The notes beneath the pieces were generated by a model. That model was not told where the DNA came from. It searched no databases and saw nothing but the letters and a program-made list of their open reading frames with translations. This document shows, in pieces, positions 37,820 to 51,788 of a stretch of 64,000 nucleotides of DNA; positions within the stretch are counted from its first letter, which is position 1; the number at the start of each line of letters is the position of its first letter. Position numbers and translations under genes: made by a program. Source of the DNA: Lama guanicoe. Taxonomy: Eukaryota. The stretch is from the NCBI GenBank assembly GCA_013239625.1, contig MU053472.1:3259822-3323821 (forward strand), in the 5' to 3' direction.

Positions 37820-39300
37820 TATTTGTTTGTTCATTCAGCCAACAAACATTAATCGTACACCTACGTGGAGTTAGGCATTGACTTCTTTAGGAATTGACTT
37901 ATTTACTAGTTGGGATATAGACAAAAAAGTAGACAGCTATCTGTTAGATATTCTTCATAGAATAAATGAAACTGATCAAGGGTATAGAGTGGGAACTTTG
38001 AGGAGGACACAGGCAGGTTGGTAGCTATTTTAGATAGGGTAATCTGGGAAGGTCTCAATGAAGAGATGACTTTTGAGCAGAGACCAAGATGAAATGTAGG
38101 AGTGATGGGAATGTCTAGGGAAGGAAAGTTGCAGGCAGAGGAATCAGAAGGGGCAAAGGAGGCCCTGAGAAAGAAATGTGTTTAGTGTGTTGAGAAATAG
38201 CAAAGAAGTTAGTATAGTTGCAGTTGAGTGAACAGAGGGAAAGAGGGAAAGGAAATGAGTTTGAAGATGTAGCTAGGGGCCTTGGTAAAGACCTTGGATT
38301 TTATTTTAAGTGTGCTGATAGCCATTGAAAGCTTTTGAGTGATTTGAAGAAATTAATGTTTTGAAAGCTATCACTCTGGCTACTGTGTGGAAAGTGGACT
38401 GTAGGCAGGTAGGAGAGAGTGAAGAGAACAGTTAGGATGTGCCTTATTTGTGAAAAATGAATGGTGGTTTAGATCAGAATGGTAGCAGTGGAGGTAGTAA
38501 AAAGATAGGGCAATTCTGGGTATGTTTTGAAAGTAGAACCAATGGATTTTCATACAGATGAGATGAAATTTTTTTTATACCATCTGGATGAACGAATAGT
38601 TTTCCATTCTGAAGTAGAAAAAACTTGGGGTAGAGCAGATTTGGGTAGGCTATAGATATATGTTTTTTTTTTTTTAACATGGCAAGTTTGAGATGTTTAT
38701 TATGTACCTAATTGGAGATGTTGGCAGTTGGAAATATGAATCTGGCTTTGAGGAAGGGGATGTTAGACTGAATTATTAGGATATGGATAGTAATTAAAGC
38801 CAGGGACTGAATGAGATCACCAGATTACCTCCTAAGGGAAGAGATTTTTAGATATGAACTCAGTCACTCAACATTTAGATGTTAGGAGGAGGAAGATTCA
38901 GCAGAAGATAACAAGAAGGAGCCATGAATGAAGTGTCACAGGATTCAGTTGAAAAACATGTTTCAAAAAGGAGTAGTTTCGTTGTGTCATAGGTTCTAGC
39001 CTGGAAACTGACCATTGGATTTGAGAATATATAGATTATTGGTGACCCTGATAAATAGTTTCAGTGGACTGCACTGGGAGCAAAAACTTAATGTCAGAGA
39101 GTGGGAGGAGAATGAGATAGCAAGTATAAACACTGTCACAGAATCTTGTGGTAAAGGGGAGAAATAAGGCAGTGGGTTGACAGGATGTTGAGAGTCATCT
39201 TTTAAGGAGATTTATCCTGCTGGGACTGAACCAGCAGAGAGAGAATAGCTAATAATGCTGAATAGACGAGGAATAACTGCAGGAGCAAAGTCCTTGAGAA
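37820..39300 (-). mobile_element. Long L2 remnant
   Basis: Starts with the antisense L2 3' end (ttcattcagccaacaaacatt...cctacgtgg...ggcattg) and continues through purine-rich L2 body motifs. Confidence 0.75.
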
Positions 39301-39694
39301 GCTGAGCGCGCCACCCAGCCAAATTGTAGCATTGTTTATTTGAATGCTTTTCCTTCTCTTCCATTCTATCTCTGTTCATTTGTCCACAGAAATTGAACCA
39401 TCTTTGAAAGTCCAAATATTTGTGTCATTTTAACAAACTTAAGGTCCAGACCCGTGAATAGACTTGCCCTAAGTCACCTAATTGTGGTGACAGACGAGGA
39501 CTGAGCTCACTCCCAGGCTGTCAGTCTACCCATGACTCTGGTGCCTCCACACACATACCGAAAGGCAGTGGCATTGGCTGTGTTTTCAGGCCAGGACTTC
39601 ATTTGTCTAGCTACATTCATTTCATTTTCTCTCATTACCAGTTCCTAGTTTGTATTTTCTCCCCCTTTTTTTGGCTCACATCTTTTCCGTCCAG

Positions 39695-39711
39695 TTTTTT
39701 GTTTTTTGGTT

Positions 39712-39791
<80 letters not shown>
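39695..39791. repeat. About 97-bp poly(T) tract
   Basis: Almost pure T with a few G/C interruptions. Confidence 0.95.
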
Positions 39792-39792
<1 letters not shown>

Positions 39793-39859
39793 ATGCTTGC
39801 TTTATTTTGAGCATTGGTAACAATTTATGTTTGCCTGTAATTATTGACTTTGTTTTGTT

Positions 39860-41200
39860 TTAAATTTTGCAGGCTATTAAAATTAGGTATACTTGACATA
39901 CAGTAAACTGCACATATTTAAAGTATGCCATTTGATAAGTTTTGACAGATTGAAAAATCATCCCTACAGCCAAGGTAATAAGCACATCTGTAATCTCTCA
40001 AAGTTTCCTTGTGCCTCTTCTGGTAATCCCTCCCTCTACTTGTCTTGTTCCCAGGCAGCCAGTGATCTGCGTTCTATCACTGTAGATAAATTTGCGTTTT
40101 CTAGAATTTTATATAAATGGAATCTTACAATATGTACTTTTACTGATCTGGCTTTTTTTAGCCAGCAAAATTATTTTGAGATGCATCAGTATTGTGTGTA
40201 TCAATAATACTCCTTTTTATGGCTGAGTAGTAGTATCTCACTGTAGGTATATGCCATAATTTGTTTATTCATTAGCCCGTTGGTGGACATATGGGTTGCT
40301 TCTAGTTTTTGGCATGTACACGGAAAACTGCTATGAACGTTTGTATGCAGGTCTTTGAATGGACTTATGCTTTCTTTTCTCTTGAGTAGATAGGAATGGA
40401 ATGACTAGATCACGTGATAGGTGTATGTTTAACTATTTAACAAATTGTCAAACTGTTTTGAAAAATAGTTGTATCATTTAGTTTCTCACCAGCAGCAAAT
40501 GAGGGTTCCAATTCTTCCACTTTAATGCCAACTCTTGGTATGTTCAGTCTTGAATTTTAGCCGTTTTCATAAGTATATAGTAGTACCTCATCTTTTCCCT
40601 TAAGATCAGGAAAAGGCAAGGGTATACTTTCATGACTTTTATCCATTACTGTCTCTCTGAACCCTAGGAAATCACTATTCCTTCTTTATGGATTTGACTA
40701 GTTTAAGTACCTCATAAAAATTAAATCATAAAATATTTGTCCTTTTCTGTTTATTTCTGGGCTCTGTATTCTATTTCACTGTCCTTATGCCAACACCAAA
40801 CTATTTTGATTTACTGTAGCTTTGTAGTAAATTTTGAAATCAGGAAATGTGAGTCCTCTAACTTTGTGAGAAGTTTTCAGTCTTTCACCATTAAGTGTGG
40901 TGTTCAGTGTGGGTTTTTTATATATGAACTTTTTCAAGTTGAGAAAGTTTCCTTCTGTTCCTGTTTCTTAAGTGTTTTTATCTCAAGTGAAAGGATATTA
41001 CATTTTGTCAGATACCTTTTCTGTTATCCACTGAGATGATCATGTGGGTTTTTTCTTTTATTTTCTTAATATGATGTATTTTACTGAATGATTTTTGCAA
41101 GTTAAACTGTCTGCATCCCAGGAATTAATCCCATGTGGTCATGATGTGTAATCTTTATAATATAGCATTGAATTTGGTTTGCTAGGTTTTCGTTGAGGAT
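39860..41200 (-). mobile_element. Fragmented old L1M
   Basis: Antisense L1 3' UTR and ORF2 motifs, with a short sense-oriented ORF2 piece at ~40593-40647. Confidence 0.8.
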
Positions 41201-41380
41201 TTCCCTTGAACAGTTTTGCAAAGTAGGAATGTTGATTCTCTTGTTGCATATGAGGAAGCTTATGCTTGGTCAGGTGTCTGGTGTCACATAGTAAGTGCCA
41301 GAGCTTCCAAGCTCAGACTCAGGTTTGAATAATGTCTCAAGCTTGTGATTATCCCATTTTAATGAAAGAGAGAAATTCTT

Positions 41381-41475
41381 CTCCCCTCCACCCCCTGCAG
41401 AGAAGCACTGGGGATTGAACTGGACCTCGTGCACACCAAACATGTGCTCTACCACTGAGCTATACCCACTACCCC
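41381..41475 (-). mobile_element. Vic-1-like SINE
   Basis: actggggattgaactggacctcgtgcacaccaaacatgtgctctaccactgagctataccc. Confidence 0.85.
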
Positions 41476-43205
41476 AAGAAATTATTCTTAAATTAAATGT
41501 GGGAGAATTGCTGTAAAAGTGTCTCTTTAATATTGTATCACTTGTTCTTACCTTTGGTTTTGGTTTGGTAGAAAAATTGTTTTTCCCCATAGTATTAAAA
41601 TTGCCATATTTGTTTTGTGATTAAATTAGATTATAGAACACAAGTTAAAAATGCCACAAATATTAAGAGAAGGGAAAGGAGAGATCACTAATCTGGGATA
41701 GGCAGGAAAGTTTTATAGATGTGTCAATGGGACAGCACATGGAGGGAGGGACGGTATAAGCAGGTACACAAATACGATGCCAGGAGTGGTATATATGCGG
41801 CAATAAGCCTGTTTTTACTGGAAGGGTGGGGCATATTTAAAAATATGGATTGATCATTCCCTCTCATAGTCTCAACCTGTCTAGAACTTGTAGTCTAGCG
41901 GGGCAGGAGAGACCAACCAATAAGTCAGTGTAATTAAATGTTACAGGTACAATGAAAGGAGAAGTATAGGTTGCTGTGGTAGAGCATGGTAGTGATATTT
42001 AAAATAGTCTGCAGGCAGGGAGAGCTTTCTGGAGGAAGTGACATATAATTTGAAATCTAACGAATAAGCCATGATAATCTAGTTGAAGGGAAGTGTTGAA
42101 GAATATCCTCTGCAGAGAGGGGAAACATATTTAAAGGCTTAATCTTGCTGGATCCCCTAGGGTGAGATAGATGAAACTGGAGAGAACCAGTCCTGGAGGA
42201 GTGCTCTGACTTTAGCAGAGCATTGTTTGAGGGAAAGAAACCTGACCTATATCTTGCTTTGCTCAGGAATAATGTTCAAGGTTATTAAGAATGGAATCCT
42301 TTTCCATCTATTTTCTTTTTCTTCCAGGTTTATTTTCTGTGCTATGAAGTACATTTTTCCCTGTTTGGTCTTGTAATGTTCTTTAAGGTTTCCTGGGGAG
42401 TAGTATATTTATTTACATAAATATACTTATTTATGTAAGAAGCTATTTACAATTAAAACAAAATATTTAGCCATGGAGCTTCTTTTTTTGGAAAGATATT
42501 CAGAAAATCATAGCATCTCCATTGTATATGGTCTAAAACTGCTCCATACCCAGTAATAACTAAAATGGTTACATTGATAGAATCTAAGGTTTAGTAAAAT
42601 CTAAGATTTAGTGGAGATATTATTCTCTTGTAAAACCTTTTTATAATTATGAGGAAACCAAGTTTATGTAGATGTTTAAATTACTGAACCATAGAACTCT
42701 TTTAAGACAAAATTTTGCTGTATTGGTTATTCGTGTTTTTAGGCATAATTTATATATCCATGATGTATATTCTTTAAAATTAGTTTGCTTTTCAAAAAGG
42801 AATTTAGTAGTACCTTAAAATTCCTTGGAGATTTTATTGGGGGTTAGTTAGAAGTAAAAGATCACAGTGGTTTATTTTGGGGGATGGTGGTAACAGTATC
42901 ATTATTATCTTTGTGGAGATTATCCACATCTTCCTTGTGAGATCCAGATAGTCCTAGAATCACTTTCTTTCCTGTGAGAGAACAGCATTTTAATAATTAT
43001 TTTAGAATGAGTTCTGTCCCTTTGAAAGTTTATCCTTGTCATGGTAATGAGGAGACAGATTGCCTGCTATTTCTATAAGTATCTCTATAATTAATGCAGG
43101 CACTAGAGAGTTAAACTCATTAAATTTTGTATGTAAGTATTTGATATGTACAAATTAAAGTAATGGTGTTTCTACAATCAGAATCTAATTTTTTTGTCTC
43201 CTTAG

Positions 43206-43246
43206 CGCTGGCTGACAGAGCAGAGAGCTCAGTGTCCTCATTGCCG
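43206..43246 (+). CDS. TRIM37: TRIM37 exon 3 (RING finger end)
   Basis: cttag|RWLTEQRAQCPHC(R)|gtaagt; 41 nt. Confidence 0.96.
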
Positions 43247-43921
43247 GTAAGTGTTTTGCTATGATTACTTGTGAATTTGGAAAATAGTAAGGTGATGGGG
43301 TCAGAATGTGCCCTAATACTCAAAGTTCTATCTGCAGTGTGCCACATTTCTCCTCTTTGTGAAATACAGTTAAAAAGAAAATGAGCAGTCTAGCTATATA
43401 AAGAAATACAGAATAATCTATCTGACTTAGAACTATGTAGAATACATTATGTTGTTTAGCTTCTTTTGGAAAATGTGTAACTTCTCAATTTACCTTTTGT
43501 AATTAAAAAATTAAAAGGTTTCTGTTAAAAAAAAATCTGGATAGTAATAAAAAGGCTTCCTGATTCTGATACTTTCCACCTGATCTTTTCATGAAATAAC
43601 ACTTTCAGAAGAAACTTAGGTTTGGGTATCTGTTCTTCTAGACATTTTTCTGTGTGTATACTGAGATGTATACATATAAATTTTGTCTTAAAATACACAA
43701 ATAATGTAATATTATTTTGCTGTTTGCTTATTTTTTCCATGTAAAATAAGGTGGTACCTTTCTTAATAGTAGTATATACATGTTATTTAAAATAAATGAA
43801 TAATAATCCACTGTAAGACTATACGTTGAATTATTTATATTTATATTGAGAGACACTTAGGTTGTTTCCATTTTTGGTTATTTCAAATAATGATGCCAGA
43901 TTGCATTGAAGAAAAGGTTTT

Positions 43922-44382
43922 TGTTACTGAACACAAGTTCCCGTGCCCGACACACAGTGAGGCCAAACTAACCAAAACATCAGAGTTTGGAGCGTAGAAA
44001 AGTATATTGCAAGGCTGAGCAGGCAGAATGAGTGGCTTATTCGCAAAATACCCTAAACTCCCCAAAGGGTTTTATTTTAGGAAACTATTTTTAAAACCCA
44101 GGTGAGGGAGGAGGTTCGCAGGGTAAGTGATTAGCTTGTGCACAATTCTCTGATTGGTTGAAGTGGAGGTAACAGGGTGGTTAGGCGCCTGTCGATCTGG
44201 GGGCTCATGATCATCAAGTAGTTAATTTCTTCCATTTGGTGGTGGTTTTAGCAGCATTTGTACGACAACTCAGGAAGTGTGCATCAGATACCATTCTCTA
44301 GATACTTCAGAAAGAAGCTACACAGAGGATGTGGGAGAGGTACCTGTCCCAGGAAGGCCTCATAGGGTCCTGCTTGGTTACA
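43922..44382 (-). mobile_element. Solo ERV1-type LTR, 461 bp
   Basis: Termini TGTTAC...GTTACA (imperfect inverted repeats), 4-bp TSD tttt on both sides, antisense CCAAT at ~44153. It interrupts an old L1 remnant. Confidence 0.8.
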
Positions 44383-44659
44383 TTTTTACCATTTTATGTT
44401 CCTAATGATAGATACTGAAAATGCCTTTCCCTCACACATTCTTGCCAACTGGTTATTACTGGTCATTTTTTGTCAATCTCCTAAGTGAAAGATTATATCT
44501 CACTTTTGATATGCCTTTTAAAAAATGATTGAAATTGAATATCTTTTGAAACATTTTTAGCCATTTGTAATTTCTTTTTTCTTAAACTACCTTTTCATAT
44601 CTTTTGCCATTTTTCTTCATGTATTGTTCACATTTTTCATATTAACTGTTAAGAAGACC

Positions 44660-44848
44660 AGACCAGCTCTATCAAATACGGCTTTCCGTAGTGATGGAAA
44701 CGTTCTGTAGCTTTGCTGTCCAATGTGGCAGCTGAGCAGTTGAAGTACGTCTAGGGTGACTATGTAATAACATTTTTTTTAAATTAATTTGTATTTTATT
44801 TTAAATGGTCACTTGTGGCTAGTGGCTATTGTTTTGGACAGTATAGCT
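44660..44848. mobile_element. MER3-like hAT remnant
   Basis: gtgatggaaacgttctgtagctttgctgtccaat...cacttgtggctagtggctattgttttggacag. Confidence 0.75.
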
Positions 44849-45209
44849 TTAGACTAAGGAATTGAGAATTTTATCTGTAATCTGAATTGCTAATTTTTTT
44901 TATTCAGTTTTTTTTGTAGATGATACATTAATGTAAAAATAAGTTATAAATCATACTTTTCATTGTGTCTGTTACCATTTTGGTAGTAATATGGTATGAA
45001 TATGATTGTGAGCTCTGTTGTGAGTAATGTGTTTATTTTTTCTTCATAATTTTTTCCCAGCTTTATTGACGCATAATTGAAAGAGATTTAAAGTGTACAA
45101 AGTACTTATTTAATATATATATACACTTTGAAGGGATCCCCTCGCCATTGAGTCAATTAACACATCCATAACCTCAGTATTTACCTTTGAGATGTGTTTT
45201 AGAAAATGA

Positions 45210-45374
<165 letters not shown>

Positions 45375-45914
45375 TAGGTTCTCAGTTTCTTTGTTTAAGT
45401 GTTTCATAGATTTTGCCATGTGTTATTTTAATGACACTATTGAAAGTTTCTTCTAATTTTCGTAGGTGAACACTTAGGTAATTTTCTTCTGGCATGGTGT
45501 AGGTTATCTATTTGGAAAGACTCTCCTAACTCTTGACTGACTTCTTTTATTAAAGCCCTTGTAAATTGTGGAACTGCCGCAATTTGCTAGTCACTGATCT
45601 CCCTTCTTTGCCTCTTGATGCCTAATGGGCACCCCTCCTTGGGTTTGCTGAAGCTGCATATAGGCCATTGATTAATTGTTCTGATAAATTTCGTGCATTG
45701 TAAAAGCTATATTCTAAATTTGGTGATGTGGAAGTCATGCTGAGTTAGCTTTCAGACAGTATCTAATATGCTGTTTTTTCATACTTTGATCAATTTCCTG
45801 TTTGATATTCAGATTACTTACAAATGAGAACTATAAGATTCAGATCTATTTAGGTATTTTCTCTAAGCTCAGTGTAATTCATCAGTGAAAAGGCTTTTCT
45901 TTATAGGCAAGAGA

Positions 45915-47470
45915 AAAAAAATTTTAATTGTGGTAAAATAAACATAACATAAAATTTATTAGCCATTTTCAAGTGTACAGTTCAGTAGTGTTAAGTGTGT
46001 GTACATTGTTGTACAACAAATCTCCAGAACTTTTTCGTCTATAGCTCTCAATCAATTAAATAATAATTTCCCATTTCCCATCCCCTGCCAACCTAAATTT
46101 TACTTTCCACTTTTAAAAGTTTGACCATTTTGGGTACTTACATAAGTGAAATCATAACAGTATTTGTCTTTTTATGACTGTCTTCCTTCACTTTGCATAT
46201 CTTTAAGGTTCATCCACGTTTTAGCATATGTTAGAATTTCCTTCCTTTTTAAGGCTGATTAGTATTCCGTTATGTGTATGTATCACATTTTGTTTATCCA
46301 TTCATCCATTGATAGACACTTGGATTGCTTCCACTTCTTGGCTATTGCGAATAATGCTGCTGTGAACATAAGTGTTCATCTGTTCTAAACTGTGTTTCAG
46401 TTTTTTTGGATTTATACTCAGAAGTGGTATTGCTGGATTATATGGTAATTCTGCTTTTAATATTTTGAGGAACCTGCATACTGTCTTCCATGGCAGCTGT
46501 ATTGTTTTACATTCCCACCAACAGTGTACAAGTTTCCAATTTCTCCACACCTTTGACAACATCTGTTTTCTATTTTTTTGATGACAGCCATGCAAATCAG
46601 TATGAGGAAATATTGTGGTTTTGATTTGCATTTACTTGATGATTAGGATGTTGAGCATCTTTTCATATGCTTGTTGACCATTTGTATGTATTTGGAGAAA
46701 TGTCTATTTATATGTTGCCCATATTTTAATTGTTTTTATTTGTTTTTGGTGGGGTTTGTTTGTTTGAGTTCTTTCCTACTTTTGGTATAAACACCTTATC
46801 AGATACATGATTTGCAGCTGTTTTCTCTCATTCCATAGATTGCCCTTTTATTCTTTTCATTGTGTCCTTTGATGTACAGAAGTTACTAATTTTGATGTAG
46901 TCCAGTTTGTCTCTTCTCACTTTTGTGTATGCTTTTGGTGCCATATCCAAGAAATCATCGCCGAAACCAATACCGTGGAGCTTTTCCCCTGTGTTTTAAG
47001 AGTTTTGCAATTTTAGGTCTTAACGTTTAGGTCTTTGACCCATTTTGAGTTAATTTTTGAATATGAAATAAGTGAAAGATTTTTGTCCACTAGGGCTGCC
47101 GTAACAATACCACAGACTCGGCTTAAACAACAAAAATTTAGTTTCTCACGGTTTCAGAGGCTGGTCAAGGTATTGTTGGGGTTGGTTTCTGATGAGGCCT
47201 CTCTGACTTGGATGTGGCTCTTTCTTGCTGTGTCTTCACGTGGCCTTGTTTCTGTGAGTGCACATTCCTGCTGTCTTTCTTTTCTTGTAAGGACATCAGT
47301 CCTGTTGTGTTAGGGTTCCACCCTTGCGATCCCATTTAACCTTCATTACCTCTCTAAAGGCCCTACCTCCAAATATAGTTACATTAGGACTTCAGTATAG
47401 GAATTTGGGGCAGACAGTTCAGTTAATAACCATGTCCAACTTTATTCTGTTGCATGTGGATATTCAGTTT
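45915..47470 (-). mobile_element. Old L1M (3' UTR plus ORF2 C-terminus) with a nested MLT1 LTR
   Basis: ORF 46302-46631 gives a degraded L1 ORF2 C-terminus (VHCWWEC...ELPYNPAIPLL). L1 sequence resumes after the LTR at ~47431. Confidence 0.85.
47080..47430. mobile_element. MLT1C-like MaLR LTR nested in L1
   Basis: ctagggctgccgtaacaataccacagact...ggcttaaacaaca...aaggccctacctccaaatatagttacatt. Confidence 0.8.
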
Positions 47471-47862
47471 AAGGGAAAACTTCTTAAAATTGAGTTCATT
47501 TCTGATGAGGATCTGGTATTGTGCAACTTATCACATGTTTCTTGGTTATTGTTAACTTTGGCCACATGTAGAAAAAAAATTTGTGCATGCATACATGCTC
47601 ATTTAGGTATGGGCACAATAATCTGATTTGCTTGAAATGTAGTAGTACGGTAGAATTTATCATCTATGTGGATGCTTGGAATTGATGTTTTTATACTTTA
47701 CTTAGAAACTAGTATGCATTTTTCATGTGATTGTAAAGTCCTTAGAGATTAATGAAAACAATACTCAAAAAATTGTGCCCACATGCAATTCTTTAGCTTA
47801 CTTCACAGAAGCCATGGGATACATTTTATATTTCCTAAGATGTGGTCTTTTAAAACTGATCT

Positions 47863-47897
47863 GTCGCTTCTTGGCCTTTTGGCTAAGACCAAGTATA
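47863..47897 (+). pseudogene. Tailless U2 snRNA retropseudogene (U2 nt 1-35)
   Basis: gtcgcttcttggccttttggctaagaccaagtata vs U2 ATCGCTTCTCGGCCTTTTGGCTAAGATCAAGTGTA (31/35). Direct repeat taaaactga at 47851-47859 and 47896-47904. Confidence 0.9.
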
Positions 47898-47938
47898 AAA
47901 CTGACTGACCTGTTTGCCCAAAGTTAGCAATTTGTTGA

Positions 47939-48109
<171 letters not shown>

Positions 48110-49937
48110 TAATATTTTTAGTTAAAGTCTAGAAAGCACTGAAATGTTTGTTTTTAAATAGAAAATAATATTCTACTGTTTAGAGAATGAAAATTAAATG
48201 CATCTACTTTGTAGCAGAACGTATTGTACTTTTTGTTGTTCCAGAAAAACTTCTTTTGTGGGAGATTTTGGTATTGGATGTGCACCCCTTACATAAATAT
48301 TTTATTTTAATTGAAAACCTGTAAAATGTATATTTATTTGCAAATCTTCTGTTGTAGGATCAAGGTCTTTTCTTTGATCTGATACTCTGGTCATTTGGTC
48401 TGATATCCTGGCCATGATTTCCAGTTTTGGTTTCTTTAAAGCAGAACAACATATTAGTAGACATTTATGAAACAATATGAATGCAGACATCTAGATCTTA
48501 CTTATTTTTTAATCTCTTATTTTCTTTTTTCCAATTTAATTCAAAAGTTTTTTTAAGTAATCTACCTTTATAAAGTCTAAAACATTTAGTTTTTCTAGAA
48601 GCAATTTTTATTTTACAATTGTCTTTATTGTTTAATTAATAATTAAGTTATATATTTAAAGTAGTAAGTACAATTAGCATAAATAGATTTGAGAATAAAC
48701 ATAATAGATTCTTGATTGGGAAAGTTAGTCATGGTGGGAGCAAAAGTGGGTAGACATACAGAGGTCCTGGTTAACAATGAGAATTGCTCATTTTTTGGGC
48801 ATCAGTCAGCATGTTTTAGGGAGAAAATGGCAAGCAAATTGCTTGAGTAGAGCTTAATTCAGACAGCTTTCTGTTAGAATTTGAACACTAATATGCTGAC
48901 CCCCAAAAAACTGTAAGTTCTCACAATTTAGTACTTAAATGAACAGTTTTGTAAGAAGCAATGGAACCATTCTTTTCCATACTTTAAGTGGACGTGCACA
49001 AATCGAGATCTTTTTTTCTCTTAGAGACCATTGCTGAGTGCTTTGGTTGAACAACACAATTCTAATAAGGACTTATCTGTTGTAGGAGGTTTCTTAAAAT
49101 AGAAATTTAAGTTCTGTTTACCAATCAAGAGTTGTGAATGACAATACTAAAATTAGACAGAAAATTTGTTTTAGTTTGTTAGCTACCAAAAATTATTCTT
49201 TGAATATAACTGGATTTGTGAGATTAATTTGTATGGGCCTTCTCTCCCCACAGTAACTCTTTGTGGTGTGAGGAACAGGTACTACATTGCTTTTGCTAAT
49301 AGTGTTCCATGTGTCTTTCCCTCATGTACCTTTCTAATTTGTTCGTTTGTGCTAGAAACAGGTTCAGTGATGGACAAGACAGATGTCAAACTACTAGTTC
49401 TATATTTAATTGCTGTTGTGATAAATATTAGGATAAGTATATATTGAAGATAAGAGTGAATAACCGTGGGACCTGACCCTGTCAGCCTGAAGATATGAGT
49501 ATGAGTTCAGTGGGTGGAGAATTTGGAGAGGGTGGATGAAAGGATTATTTTTGAATAAGGTGTTGCTTTTGCAAAGGCCTGGTGGGAAAAAGTTTGAGGA
49601 CGTGAAAGAAGGCTAGTGCTGACCAGGAGAAAAGTGACAAATAAGGTTGTGTCAGATGGTTTGGGCCATGGTTAAGAATTTTGGTTCTTTCTAATGAGTG
49701 AAGATTTCTAGATAACTGTAAACATTTTGCTAAGTCCATTATCTAAAATCTTGAAGGATTTTCTACATGGGCCAAGTGATTTTTAAGCACGCTCTGGCCT
49801 GTTTTAACAAAGTAAAAGCAGCCAAGAGATAAAAAATTGAAATTATTTGTCAGTTGATTAATATCCATAGAGTGTTAAGAAAGGAATGTAAATGAGGTAT
49901 TTGAAAATGTTCTAAAACTACTTATTAATTTAAATAG

Positions 49938-50243
<306 letters not shown>

Positions 50244-51596
50244 AAGATTATTCTCCCTTTTGTAGTCTATAATTATGTATTTTTAATAATATAAATCAAT
50301 CAGATGTTGAACTTAAGATTTGAACATTTGCTAAGATATATTTATAGTCACTCTCACAACTTCAAACTAGCTGAGGAATTTGCATCCAAACCTCTTGCCT
50401 GTTCCAAGGTTGGAGCCAGAGTATCGCCTCTTATACAGAAATAGAGACTCAGTGAGTGAGTTAAATAAACCTATTTGTTACAGTCCATAATTGACTCCTA
50501 AACAGAATCAATAATGACTTTTACAATTATTAAGACATTCATTGCTTGGACCCCCAGCTTTTGGGAGAGTTTCTGCTACCAAGGAATGGACTATTTCTGA
50601 TGTCCTGAATTAGAACTCTACAGAATTTAAAGAGTAATATGTAACATTGCTCTTTAGATACTATATGGGTCAAACAGCCTTGGTGATCTATTTACCATAT
50701 GTAGTATTATTTCCATGGGAAAATGTAATAAGCATCATTTAAGTACTAAATATACTTTTGGAATATGTTTTGTTTAAAGTTACCAGAATGACAGTTGTTT
50801 TTAGTGAGGTTTGCATACCATTCCTAACTCAAGATGTCATCTTTATTTCACTCCAGCAGGAATTAAGATTAAAATCATCATTTATAACATCCTTTATACA
50901 GAAAATAATGTTTTTGAGTTGTGTGTATGCTACCTGCAAAGTCATTTTGGAATATAAACAAGTTGGATGGCTTCTATTTGGCCTTCATTTAACTGCCTTT
51001 TATTCTGTTATTTTCTCTTGTCACTTTATAATTTGGTCATTAGGGAGGGTGTTCTAGTTTGAGATTCTCATTGCTTGTGCTGTTTATAGTAATAGTAAGT
51101 ATAGGAAAGATTGCTTTTTATTTTTGATAGTATGCTATTAAAAATTTTGTATGTACTCTGCAGTCTTTCTGTGTTTAATTCTGGAACAAATTTAAAACTT
51201 TGTAAACTAGAGTAGATATGGTTTTTTCAAATTTTTCATTTCTTTTAAGATTTTGCATGAAGTGAACTGGCTTTAGTATATTTTGTTTTTGAACAGTGGT
51301 TTCCTATATGCTTGGCGGCTTGAGTATGTTTTGTATGTGTTACTTAAAGCAATTTTTTATAATTACATATCTTTCTGTTTAAGTATTAAAATATCATGTA
51401 CTTCATTCATTAATTGCTTATCTTTAAGAATTTTTTCTGAGTTTTCTGTGATGTGAACAATCAAGTTTTATTGACTTACAGTTTTTAAAGAGGAAATCAA
51501 CTGAATTCAAGAATAATTGCAGTGATTGCAGTAATGTCTGTTTACTCCTGTTTAAAAAATTCTTCAATTAAAACTTTTTACTTGTTTATCTTCTAG

Positions 51597-51788
<192 letters not shown>

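Noticed and set aside
39603..39863. Poly-Phe and poly-Lys ORFs
   Set aside because: They are translations of the poly(T) tract.
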